A DNA stretch of 64,000 nucleotides, from NCBI GenBank assembly GCA_038203565.1, contig JBBRDV010000001.1:72335-136334 (forward strand), given 5' to 3'. Below the pieces are notes generated by a model. The model did no database searches, was not told where the DNA came from, and saw only the letters and a list, made by a program, of their open reading frames with translations. This document shows, piece by piece, positions 49,943 to 59,747 of this stretch. A program made the position numbers and the translations under genes. Every line of letters begins with the position of its first letter. Position 1 is the first letter of the stretch. This DNA comes from Atribacterota bacterium (lineage in GTDB: Bacteria > Atribacterota > Phoenicimicrobiia > Phoenicimicrobiales > Phoenicimicrobiaceae).

Positions 49943-50792
49943 TCATAACATACAGTCGGTTCGGTCTTTAGACTTTTTGACCCACTTCGTTAAATAATAA
50001 TTTCCTCCGTAAAATATCTTGGCAATACCTTCGCCGATTACCCCTACCTCCAGCCTTCCCTCTTCATCACCGGGTATTTCTTCAACCGGAATATACTGGA
50101 TTATTATATTGGAAGCAGCTATAGATTCGAGGGTTTTGCTATCCTGATGGGGCTTAGAATTTATGTACCTTAAATAGGTGTTGGTATTGGCTTTATATTC
50201 GTAAGATATGGTAAGATATGGTATATTTTTGGTTATATTGAATAGATATTTTAGTGATATCCCCTCCTGATAAATTCAGTGTTCTTAGGCTGAACAAATA
50301 GTTATCCAAATTTACCTTTTCCTGAAAACCCATTTTTCTGCTCTTCTCTCTTATATTCTGGGTTTTAGCAAAAAGATTTATCCATCCCCCAATGTTTTTA
50401 TCCCGCCAATAAGAGGAAGGATAAAGCATCTGGTCTAAATTAACCATCCTTTCACTCTTCAAGCTCTGCCCTCCACAGTGAGCAAAGATGGCAGACCACT
50501 CTATAGCTAATCTTGAAAAATAATACCTGCTGCTTCTGACCGGTCCTACTATAACCTCATCACTATTATTAAACATGGCCATTAATCTGGTAAAAGGATA
50601 CTCTACATTTGCTTCATAAATTATATCTGCCTTATTCAGACCAGTTTGGTGAATTACTTCTTCGGGTGAATTGCCGATCATTATGGCTAAGGGTCTTACA
50701 GTGCTGGCGTAAATATTACTATTTATAGTAAGACGAGTAAATAAAACAAAAAATAACAATATAAACACGCATAAAAATGATTTACTCAACAT
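49943..50792 (-). pseudogene. DUF3048 (YerB-like) secreted protein gene disrupted by a +10-bp tandem duplication
   Basis: The 199-aa ORF (signal peptide, then AIMIGNSPE..GPVRSSRYYF) stops at 50193. Another frame continues as SYEYKANTNTYLRYINSKPHQD..IPGDEEGRLEVGVIGEGIAKIFYGGNYYLTKWVKKSKDRT, matching the DUF3048 C-terminal domain. The frames are joined by removing one copy of the GTAAGATATG x2 repeat at 50201-50220. Confidence 0.7.
50201..50220. repeat. 10-bp perfect tandem duplication GTAAGATATG x2 inside DUF3048 gene
   Basis: Read directly from the sequence. It explains the frameshift. Confidence 0.9.
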
Positions 50793-50806
50793 TTCGTCCT
50801 TTATAA

Positions 50807-51826
50807 TTATTTAGCTTTATCAAATTCGTCTTCTATCTCTCCAAAAATTTCCTCTAATAAATCTTCTATGGTAACTACTCCGGATATTTTATTTTCTTTA
50901 TTTATTACTACGGCAATATGTACTTTCTTTCTCTGAAATTCTTTTAGAAGAGTAGTAACTCTTTTACTTTCTGAGACCGAGTAAGGCGGATGGATCAAAC
51001 CTAATAATATTATACTTTTACTTAATTTCTTTTTTAAATCTCCGATAAGGAAGTCTTTGGCATAAATAAAACCTATGATATTATTTATATTATTCTGATA
51101 AACCGGTATCCTGGAAAGACCTTCTTTGTTCATTAATCTTACTGCTTCCTCTAAGCAGGTATTTTCTTCAACAGCTACCATATACTTTTGGGGTATCATT
51201 ACATTCTTAACAAAAATATCATTTAGATTTAAAATTCTTTCAATCATATTTTGTTCCTTTTTCTCTAATACACCTTCCTTTTCGCCGACTTCAAAAATTA
51301 ATTTTAAATCTTTTTTAGTAAAAAAAGCATTTAAGGGTACATACTTCTTACCAGTAAAGATTCTAATGATAAAGTTCGATATCCAACTGAAAAAGACTTC
51401 AATGGGATAAAGGATGTAAGAGGCTATTTTTAAAAAATAAGCTGCCTTAAGCGAAATTTTTTGTGAATTATTTTGAGCAATGGTTTTAGGAATTATCTCG
51501 CAAAAAACTAAAATTATTAGAGTAGTAAACAATATTGAAATAGTAACTCCTCTATCACCCCATATATGCATTGCCAGGGCAGAGGAAACCGTGGAAGATA
51601 CGATTACTGCTATATTGGTTCCGATTAGAACCAACCTTAAAAATTTATCGGGCTTTTGAATTAAATTAGACACTATTATAGCTTTTTTATCCCCTCTCTT
51701 GGCTAAATATTTAAGATGCAGCTTACTGGTAGAGATAACTGCAGTTTCTGTACCGGAAAAAAAAGCAGCAATAAATATACATATAAATAATATAAAAGGG
51801 TAAACTTTAATCCAAAAATCTGTCAA
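50807..51826 (-). CDS. CNNM/HlyC-CorC family transporter (DUF21 + CBS pair, no CorC_HlyC domain)
   Basis: GTETA DUF21 motif plus a CBS pair. Ends directly after the CBS domains. Confidence 0.75.
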   Translation of the reverse strand: MTDFWIKVYPFILFICIFIAAFFSGTETAVISTSKLHLKYLAKRGDKKAIIVSNLIQKPDKFLRLVLIGTNIAVIVSSTVSSALAMHIWGDRGVTISILFTTLIILVFCEIIPKTIAQNNSQKISLKAAYFLKIASYILYPIEVFFSWISNFIIRIFTGKKYVPLNAFFTKKDLKLIFEVGEKEGVLEKKEQNMIERILNLNDIFVKNVMIPQKYMVAVEENTCLEEAVRLMNKEGLSRIPVYQNNINNIIGFIYAKDFLIGDLKKKLSKSIILLGLIHPPYSVSESKRVTTLLKEFQRKKVHIAVVINKENKISGVVTIEDLLEEIFGEIEDEFDKAK

Positions 51827-51840
51827 AATTTCCTTACCTC

Positions 51841-53199
51841 CTATGAATCTTTATCCGGAATGTTACTTTTGTTCTGTGGTAGTTCTTTTATTATCTTTAC
51901 TCTTCTAATTCTATTTTTTACTACCTGTTCTATGATCATTTGACAATTCTGATACCTTATCTTTTCATCTTTCTTAGGCACTCTGCCCAATAGATCAAAA
52001 ATAAAACCACCCAGGGTCTCGAAACCATTTTCAGGTATTTTGATGTTTAGAATTTCATTAATCTTGTCAATACTTATTATTGCATCAGCAATTACAATAT
52101 TATCTCCGATCATTTCATACAATTTTATCTCTTTATCATATTCATCAATTATCTCGCCTACTACTTCCTCTACCACATCCTCCATGGTAATCAATCCTAC
52201 TGTCCCGCCATATTCATCAATAGCAACGGCAATTTGAATTCTATCTTTCCGAAAAATATCCAACAGTTCGTCTATTTTCTTATTTTCCGGAACAAAGTAA
52301 GCCTCCCTTATTATCCCCTTTAAATCAAACTTTTTCTTTGAAGTATACCATTGCTCATATATGCCTAAAAGATCCCTGGCATACAGTACCCCGATAATAT
52401 TGTCTATAGTTTCTTCAAATACCGGGATTCTCGAATGTCCCATTTTTTTAATCAATTTTAATATTGAACCTAATTTAGTATCAGAAGGAATGCAAGCCAT
52501 GTCTACCCGGGGGATCATTACTTCTTTTACCATAGTATCGCCAAATTCAAATATATTTCTAATCATCTTTTTCTCTTCTTCCTTTATCACTCCCTCATCC
52601 TTACCCATATCTATCAAAGTTATTAAATCTTCTTCGGTAATTCCTTTTTTCTCTTTAGTCTTTTTCATTCTTAAAAAATAATATAGGGCGCTAATTATTA
52701 TTTTGAAAAATTTTATTAGAGGAAACAACCCGATAGAAATTATTTCTATCGGTCTAGCAACTTTTTTGGATATTTTTTCGGCATTAACAACAGCTAATGA
52801 TTTGGGGATAATTTCTCCAAAAACAAGTATGGTAAAAATCATTATTCCGCTGGCTATACCGATGCCTATATTTCCAAAAAGTTTTATAGCTAAATAAGTA
52901 GCCAAAGAGGATGCCGCAATGTTTACGAATGTATTACCAATTAAAATAGAGATTAATGCTCTTTGAGGATCATCAAGGAGTTTGATAATTAATTTTATCC
53001 GCCAATTGTTTTCTTCTTTTTTTTGCATTTTCTTTAATTGTAATTTATTAAGAGAGAAAAGAGCGGTCTCTGTGCCGGAAAAAAAGGCAGATAGTATTAT
53101 GAAACTCAGTAAAGCAATAGCTTCAAATATCAATATTATTAAATTAAGGGGGTCATCCAAAAAATAATCACCGCAACTTTTTAAAATATCGCTAAGCAT
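51841..53199 (-). CDS. CNNM/HlyC-CorC family transporter (DUF21 + CBS pair + CorC_HlyC)
   Basis: GTETA DUF21, a CBS pair, and a C-terminal transporter-associated domain. Paralog of the gene immediately downstream. Confidence 0.8.
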   Translation of the reverse strand: MLSDILKSCGDYFLDDPLNLIILIFEAIALLSFIILSAFFSGTETALFSLNKLQLKKMQKKEENNWRIKLIIKLLDDPQRALISILIGNTFVNIAASSLATYLAIKLFGNIGIGIASGIMIFTILVFGEIIPKSLAVVNAEKISKKVARPIEIISIGLFPLIKFFKIIISALYYFLRMKKTKEKKGITEEDLITLIDMGKDEGVIKEEEKKMIRNIFEFGDTMVKEVMIPRVDMACIPSDTKLGSILKLIKKMGHSRIPVFEETIDNIIGVLYARDLLGIYEQWYTSKKKFDLKGIIREAYFVPENKKIDELLDIFRKDRIQIAVAIDEYGGTVGLITMEDVVEEVVGEIIDEYDKEIKLYEMIGDNIVIADAIISIDKINEILNIKIPENGFETLGGFIFDLLGRVPKKDEKIRYQNCQMIIEQVVKNRIRRVKIIKELPQNKSNIPDKDS

Positions 53200-53374
53200 A
53201 TTCTAAAATATCGACCATTTCAACAAATTAAACCAAGATGATGTGTTTACCTTTGCTCATTTAGATTGGGGATCCAAATATCAACAATAATTGAGTCTAT
53301 TCGATTTCTAACCTAATGGTTTTTTATTACAAAATTACAAAAAATTAAAATTAACACAGAGATTTTTAATTAAA

Positions 53375-55327
53375 CTATGCAAATTTAACTTTCTTCGATA
53401 TTCTTATTTTCTGTAAGATTATTACCACTACTAATAAGACGATACCTATACTATCAGTTAATAATCCAGGTTTTATTAGAGCAAGTGCACTAATAATTAA
53501 TATAACTCTTTCATATATTTTAGTATGATCTAATAGATATCCACTGGCTGCCGCTCCCAATGCTAATACGCCGACCAATGAGGTTACAATTAGTATTAAA
53601 TTATGGCCAATTGAACCACTTAAAAACATCAATCCCGGATCAAGGGCAAATATAAAGGGAATCATAAATCCCGCTACTGCCAATCTCACGGCAATAAAAC
53701 CGGTTTTCATTGAATTCCCGCCGGAAATTCCTGCTGCGGCATAAGCGGCTACCGCAACCGGCGGGGTAAGGTCAGCGATCACGCCAAAGTAAAGGATAAA
53801 TAGATGGGCAGCTAAAGGGTTTACACCTAAATCAATCAAAGCAGGTGCTGCCATGATCGATAAGATAATATATTTTGCCGTGGTAGGAAGTCCCATTCCC
53901 AATAATATGGAGGCAATCATAGTGAAGAAAAGGGTTAACAATAGATTTCCATGACCTAACATCACCAATCCATTAGCAATCTTTAATCCTAAACCGGTAA
54001 GAGTAACTGCCCCCACTACCATTCCCGCACAGGCACACGCCGCAGCAACACCTAAAGCGCTCTTGGCACCCTCCTCAAAGGCTTCAGCTAATTTCTTTAG
54101 ATTCAAACGAGTCTCAGATTTTACCATACTTATCGCCAGGCTCATTACAATGGCCCAAAAAGCAGAAAATAAGGGAGAATATCCTCTTACTAATAAATAT
54201 ACTAAACCAAGTATAGGGGCAAGCAAATGACCTCTGGCCTTTAATACTTTACCTAATTTCGGAAGCTGCTCTTTGGGAAGACCTTTTAATCCATATTTGC
54301 AAGCTTCCAGGTGAACCATTGTTGCAACAGCAATGTAATATATTACAGCCGGAATAGCTGCTGCTGCTGCAATTTTAATATAGGGAATACCTAAAAATTC
54401 TGCCATGACAAAGGCAGCTGCTCCCATTACCGGCGGCAGTATTTGTCCACCAGTAGAGGCGGCCGCCTCTACTGCTCCGGCAAAATCCTTCCGATAACCT
54501 ATGCTTTTCATTAATGGAATGGTAAAACTCCCGGTTGTTACTACATTGGCGACTGAACTTCCGTTGATGGAACCCATTAAACCACTGGCTATAACTGCAA
54601 CTTTAGCCGGCCCTCCGGTAGTATGACCGGCAAGAGCCATAGCTATATCAATAAAAAATTTACCCATTCCGGTTTTATTTAATACTGCCCCAAATAAAAT
54701 AAAAAGAAATACAAAAGAAGAAGATACCCCTAAAGGTATACCAAATATCCCTTCCGTTCCGGCATATAGATGCTCTATTATTCTTTCCAAAGAGTACCCT
54801 CGATGAGCGAAGAATCCCGGCATAATCTGCCCAAAATAAGAATACAGTAAAAATACAATGACTACTATGGGGAGAGCTGATCCTATAATTCTTCTGGTTG
54901 CTTCCAGGACCAATAGGATAGCCAAGCCGCCTATAATTAAATCAAGTGTAGTAGGTAAACCGGAACGTATGACCATAGCATTGTAAAATAGCACTAAATA
55001 ATAACATACTCCTGCCCCCAATACAGCCAGAATTATATCCAGCAAAGGTATTTTATCTTTATTTTTTTCAAAACTATTTTTACTGCCAGGGTAAATAAGG
55101 AAGGCTAAACACAAAGTAAAAGCCAGATGGAATGCCCTCTGTTTTAGAGCTAAAAGCAGACCAAATCCCCCGGTATAAAATTGGAAAGCCGAAAAAGATA
55201 TGGCAATAATAGAAATAATTATCGCCATAATCCCCAAAGGATTTCTTACTCTCGATTCAGAATCATATTGTTCCATAAGCTTTTGAACATCAATTTCTTT
55301 ATTTTCCCTTTTAATTTCTTCGGTCAT
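53375..55327 (-). CDS. TRAP transporter fused permease subunit (TAXI-type, DctQ-DctM fusion)
   Basis: 650-aa protein with ~18 TM helices; the DctM-like portion appears duplicated. Confidence 0.8.
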   Translation of the reverse strand: MTEEIKRENKEIDVQKLMEQYDSESRVRNPLGIMAIIISIIAISFSAFQFYTGGFGLLLALKQRAFHLAFTLCLAFLIYPGSKNSFEKNKDKIPLLDIILAVLGAGVCYYLVLFYNAMVIRSGLPTTLDLIIGGLAILLVLEATRRIIGSALPIVVIVFLLYSYFGQIMPGFFAHRGYSLERIIEHLYAGTEGIFGIPLGVSSSFVFLFILFGAVLNKTGMGKFFIDIAMALAGHTTGGPAKVAVIASGLMGSINGSSVANVVTTGSFTIPLMKSIGYRKDFAGAVEAAASTGGQILPPVMGAAAFVMAEFLGIPYIKIAAAAAIPAVIYYIAVATMVHLEACKYGLKGLPKEQLPKLGKVLKARGHLLAPILGLVYLLVRGYSPLFSAFWAIVMSLAISMVKSETRLNLKKLAEAFEEGAKSALGVAAACACAGMVVGAVTLTGLGLKIANGLVMLGHGNLLLTLFFTMIASILLGMGLPTTAKYIILSIMAAPALIDLGVNPLAAHLFILYFGVIADLTPPVAVAAYAAAGISGGNSMKTGFIAVRLAVAGFMIPFIFALDPGLMFLSGSIGHNLILIVTSLVGVLALGAAASGYLLDHTKIYERVILIISALALIKPGLLTDSIGIVLLVVVIILQKIRISKKVKFA

Positions 55328-55837
55328 CTATAAAATTCCTCCTAAAAAGTAATTAAATAAATTGTGTTTATATATATTAAGGATCAGTAATTTGTCTCCA
55401 ACCAATTTAGACAGATTAATCTCTTTATCTTTAAAATAAAAATAATTTTCTCTTATTGCCCCAATCCTGTAATAAATTGGGGTAGCAATAATTCTGTGCA
55501 TATTTTTTATTTTAAATCTACCCTCTTCTTCCACAAATATTTCATTTTCAAAAGTTGTATAGGGAAGTCCTGCCCCGTGGTCAAAAAAATCAGTTTCGAT
55601 TAATATAATTTGATAATCTTTATCGATGGTAAAGATTTCCCATACCGGAGTAAGGGCAACAGAATGTTTATATTTCAAAGTAAATTGATCGTCTGGTTGA
55701 ATTGTTTTCTGAAATATTAACTTACTATCAGAAAAAGACCTGAGTTCCAGGGTATATACCGGAATAAAAATTAATATTATGATAATAATTATGGCAATAA
55801 GCAAGAAAAGCGGGGTAACGTATTTATTCTTTAACAT
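55328..55837 (-). CDS. DUF1850 domain protein (TAXI-TRAP associated)
   Basis: 169 aa with a single N-terminal TM helix. Sits between the TAXI receptor and the permease, as is usual for DUF1850. Confidence 0.65.
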   Translation of the reverse strand: MLKNKYVTPLFLLIAIIIIIILIFIPVYTLELRSFSDSKLIFQKTIQPDDQFTLKYKHSVALTPVWEIFTIDKDYQIILIETDFFDHGAGLPYTTFENEIFVEEEGRFKIKNMHRIIATPIYYRIGAIRENYFYFKDKEINLSKLVGDKLLILNIYKHNLFNYFLGGIL

Positions 55838-55906
55838 ATAAATTGATTCCGGGTACCATAGAAAAATATTCTCATTCTATGGTGCCCGGATTTTATTTTC
55901 CTAACC

Positions 55907-56875
55907 TTATTTAATCAAGCCAATTTCTTTGTAGTATAATTCTGCACCCGGATGTAATGGTATTCCTATTCCGTCGATTGCAGTTTCCAAAGTAATATTT
56001 TTACCCTGAGAATGTACTTTTTCCAGTATATCTCTATGTTCCCACAGGGCTTTAGTCATTTTGTAGACTACAGTAGATGATAATTTAGCATCACAGATCC
56101 ATAAAGCTGGAGTGGCAATAGCTGGAACAGGTTCATCTACTCCTTTATATATTCCCGCCGGGATAGTTGTAGCTCCATAATAAGGAATTGCGGCAACTAA
56201 TTCTTTTATCTTTTCTTCGCTGATAGGCACCAGCACCATATCTCTCTTGGTTGCTATATCAATAATACTGGAAGTAGGGTAACCAGCGGTAGTAAAGCCA
56301 GCATCTATCTGCCCGTCAACTAAACGCTGAGCCACTTCATTAAAGTCAATAAAATCTGCTTTTACATCATCAAAAGTAAGGCCATAGGCCTTTAAAATTA
56401 TCTCGGCATCAGCAGCAGTTCCACTATTAGGAGCACCTACTCCTATCCTCTTCCCTTTGAAGTCTTCTATGGTTTTAATTCCGGAGGCTTTAGTAGCAAT
56501 GATATGAATAGTTTCCGGATATAAAGAAGCAATACCCCTTAAGTTAGTGATAGGTTGTGTATCTTTTAACATCCCGGTGGCAGTATAACACCAAAAAGTT
56601 GTATTAGCCTGGGAAAAAGCTGTTTCAATTTGACCTCTACCTATTAAATTACAGTTTTCTATTGATGCATTTGAGGTCATTGCAGTCACAATTAATCCTT
56701 CGACATTATTAGAAAGCATTTGAGCTAAGGCTCCACCTAAAGGATAATAGGTTCCGCCGGTTCCACCGGTAGCAATAGCTACAAATTGTCTTTCGGCAGT
56801 ATAGCCAAAACTAAAGATTCCCACAACCAAACTAATTGCTAATACTAAAATTAATATTGTCTTGCTTTTTAACAT
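55907..56875 (-). CDS. TRAP transporter solute receptor, TAXI family
   Basis: Signal peptide plus ATGGTGGTYYPLGGALA, a TAXI hallmark. Confidence 0.85.
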   Translation of the reverse strand: MLKSKTILILVLAISLVVGIFSFGYTAERQFVAIATGGTGGTYYPLGGALAQMLSNNVEGLIVTAMTSNASIENCNLIGRGQIETAFSQANTTFWCYTATGMLKDTQPITNLRGIASLYPETIHIIATKASGIKTIEDFKGKRIGVGAPNSGTAADAEIILKAYGLTFDDVKADFIDFNEVAQRLVDGQIDAGFTTAGYPTSSIIDIATKRDMVLVPISEEKIKELVAAIPYYGATTIPAGIYKGVDEPVPAIATPALWICDAKLSSTVVYKMTKALWEHRDILEKVHSQGKNITLETAIDGIGIPLHPGAELYYKEIGLIK

Positions 56876-57087
56876 TAATAGATCCTCCTTTAAATTTTTA
56901 AAATTTAATTGATCATACTAAAAGCAAATATCTTTCTTAGGCTTATACCTCACCTCCTATTTTTTTAACTCTTTTCCTTCAGCAAATCTATACAAAGTAA
57001 TTTTTTCTAACTATTTACTTTTTAGGTTAAAATATCCTGAAAAAGTAAATAAATATAATTATCAATTTGATTATATTAAACATATAG

Positions 57088-57534
57088 CTAAAAATCAAAT
57101 ATTTTCAGCATTTCAGTCTCTTTTTCCCGCATAATTTTATAATCTTTGTCTTCTTCGTGAGCATAACCGGTTAAATGCAATAAGCCATGAATTAATAATA
57201 CTGTTAGCTCTTTTTCCATACTATGATTTAAGTTATCTGCCTGTCTTTGGGCAGTCTCAACGGAGATAATTATATCCCCCAAAAGTTTATCGCTCTCTGA
57301 TTCTGGAGTTTTGACAGACCCTTCCCATAAACTAAAAGATAAAACATCGGTTGATTTATCAATCCCTCGATATTTATTATTCAGTGACCTTATAAATTTA
57401 TCATCAGTAAATAAAATACTAACTTCAGTTTTTTCATCAACTTTCAGAAACTGCAGAGCCTTTTTGATTATCTCCCTTATCTTCCGTTGATTTATCTTTT
57501 TTGTTTTCTGCTGATTTTTTATTAGAATTTCCAA
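57088..57534 (-). CDS. ybeY: rRNA maturation endoribonuclease YbeY
   Basis: HGLLHLTGYAH zinc-binding motif. Confidence 0.9.
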   Translation of the reverse strand: MEILIKNQQKTKKINQRKIREIIKKALQFLKVDEKTEVSILFTDDKFIRSLNNKYRGIDKSTDVLSFSLWEGSVKTPESESDKLLGDIIISVETAQRQADNLNHSMEKELTVLLIHGLLHLTGYAHEEDKDYKIMREKETEMLKIFDF

Positions 57535-59671
57535 TCCTTTTTCCCTCTTCTTTTATTTTTTTTATTAAATCCTCATCGGGATATTCCACCCGGCTGTGAA
57601 ACATTCCGGTAAGAATCCGGGAAAAACTATCTCCAATTTTATCCAAGTCTTTCAAGGTCAAATCACATTCTTCCAACTGGCCATTTTCTAAATTCCTCTG
57701 AATAATTTCTTTCGCCAGGGTTTTTATTCTAGTTGCCGTAGGATTATTTAAACTTCTGGTTGCCGCTTCTAATGAATCAGCTAGTAAAATAATTCCTGCT
57801 TCTTTAGTCTGCGGTTTTGGTCCGGAATAACGATAATTCTCTTCGGCGACTGCATCATTAGCTGGTTCATTTTCTTTTAAAGCTCTGTGGAAGAAATAGG
57901 TAATCAAGTTGGTTCCGTGGTGTTGGGCAATTATATCAATTATATCTTTAGGGAGTTTATTTTTTTTCGCCAATTCTATTCCTTCTTTAACATGAGAAGC
58001 AATGACTAAAGCACTTAAACTGGGTTCCATATCATCATGAATATTTTTATATGCTTCTTGATTTTCAGTAAAGAAATAAGGTCTTTTTATTTTACCTATA
58101 TCATGATAAATGGCACCAACCCGAGCTAATAACCCATTACCCCCAATTTCTTCGGTAGCAGTCTCAGATAGATTTCCCACAACTATGCTGTGATGATAGG
58201 TACCGGGTGCTTCCAATACCATCTTTTTTAATAAAGGTTGGTTAGGATTAGATAATTCCATCAGTTTAAAAGAGGTAGTAATATCGAAATAGCTTTCTAA
58301 GAAAGGTAGAATTCCGATAGTCAAAATGACTGCTAAAAAACCGTTTAACACTCCCCATAAATTGTTTTGTAAAATTAGATAATAACCTTCATTATTGATT
58401 AAACCCAAAGCTGATATAGTAATGATATTAACTCCGGCAATAATTAACCCTGCACGGGTCAGGCTTGACCTTTGAGTAGCTTTCCGAATACTATATATAG
58501 CTACGATCCCACTAATTATAGAAACTAAAATATAATTTAATCCGACACCCGGAATAAATCCTATTAACAAGCTTAATATGACGGTAAGCAATATGGCAAT
58601 ATTGGGACTTAAAGATATGGCAATTAACATTGAGGCAGATGCACTGGGCATTAAATATCCTGATACCTGACTTGCTATTTTAGCGAGCAAAACAACAAAA
58701 ATAGAAATAATACACAGCAATATTAATTTGTTTACATTTTCATAAATGTCAGGATAAAAGTAGCTTAAATATAAAAAGACCACTAAAAGGCAGATCGCAG
58801 TAATCATAATTATGCCTATAATATTGGAAAAATTTATCTTGGGATTTTTTAGACCTAAAGCATTAAGAATGGCGATACCTTCCCAAGTTGCCACTTCTCC
58901 TTTTCTTATAATTATCTGCCCTTTTTGAATTGTTCTTATAACATCATCTACCGAAGCGATAGCTTCCTGACGCCTTTTTTCTGTATCTTCTTCATTTAAA
59001 AATAAACTTGGTAGAAGCAAAGAGGTAGCAATCTCGCTGGCAATCAGGGCATCATGATGATCAAGGGAAATCTCACTAATCTCCCTAATTAATTGTTTTT
59101 TAGCATTTTCTAAATCATCTTTTTTAATTCCTTGTTCCATAATTTTTCTCACGGAACTTTTAATATCTACCTTTATTTTCTCTAAAGATAAATTATCCAG
59201 TTGGAGATAACCTACTATGACCTGCTCACTAATATATAATCCTAAATCTTCATTTATTTCATTAGCCATAGCCATTTCGTTCAGCTCAACATCTGTCAAT
59301 CTGCTATCGATTTCCACTATAGGGGTGGTAGTATCTTTAGATGATTCATCTATTTTTTCTTGGTATTCTCCTATTTTTAAAAAGAAACTATCTATTTCTT
59401 TTTCAACATTTTCAATATTTGCTAAATTTAAATCATACACTTCTTTTATCGATTTGGCAGCTTTTTCTCTTAAACTTTGCGTTGCTTCTACATCTGCAAA
59501 TTCAAAATCACCCGGGGACAGAATATCTTTCGTGCAGATTTGCCCTTCTTTCAAAAGAATTTTATCCGGGAAAAAATTAATAGACAGAACGAGAGTAATG
59601 GCGATTAACAAAATAAAAAATATAGATATTTTTTGTATTTTATTTTTATCAATCAATTTTTTCTTTTGCAT
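57437..59671 (-). CDS. pgpH: 7TM-receptor HD phosphohydrolase PgpH (cyclic-di-AMP phosphodiesterase family)
   Basis: Extracellular 7TMR-HDED domain, seven TM helices and a cytoplasmic HD domain (HH..VGNL, HDIGK). The low-complexity C-terminal tail overlaps ybeY by 98 nt. Confidence 0.85.
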   Translation of the reverse strand: MQKKKLIDKNKIQKISIFFILLIAITLVLSINFFPDKILLKEGQICTKDILSPGDFEFADVEATQSLREKAAKSIKEVYDLNLANIENVEKEIDSFFLKIGEYQEKIDESSKDTTTPIVEIDSRLTDVELNEMAMANEINEDLGLYISEQVIVGYLQLDNLSLEKIKVDIKSSVRKIMEQGIKKDDLENAKKQLIREISEISLDHHDALIASEIATSLLLPSLFLNEEDTEKRRQEAIASVDDVIRTIQKGQIIIRKGEVATWEGIAILNALGLKNPKINFSNIIGIIMITAICLLVVFLYLSYFYPDIYENVNKLILLCIISIFVVLLAKIASQVSGYLMPSASASMLIAISLSPNIAILLTVILSLLIGFIPGVGLNYILVSIISGIVAIYSIRKATQRSSLTRAGLIIAGVNIITISALGLINNEGYYLILQNNLWGVLNGFLAVILTIGILPFLESYFDITTSFKLMELSNPNQPLLKKMVLEAPGTYHHSIVVGNLSETATEEIGGNGLLARVGAIYHDIGKIKRPYFFTENQEAYKNIHDDMEPSLSALVIASHVKEGIELAKKNKLPKDIIDIIAQHHGTNLITYFFHRALKENEPANDAVAEENYRYSGPKPQTKEAGIILLADSLEAATRSLNNPTATRIKTLAKEIIQRNLENGQLEECDLTLKDLDKIGDSFSRILTGMFHSRVEYPDEDLIKKIKEEGKRIGNSNKKSAENKKDKSTEDKGDNQKGSAVSES

Positions 59672-59747
59672 ACTTTTACCTGAAATTTTATCTCTACCTT
59701 TCCATTTATTCTATTTATCATATAGGTTCACGAGGTTGCATTACTCC

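Noticed and set aside
49943-50220. Programmed +1/-1 ribosomal frameshift in the DUF3048 gene
   Set aside because: The frame change coincides exactly with a perfect 10-bp tandem duplication. Removing one copy restores a continuous DUF3048 protein. There is no slippery heptamer or downstream pseudoknot.
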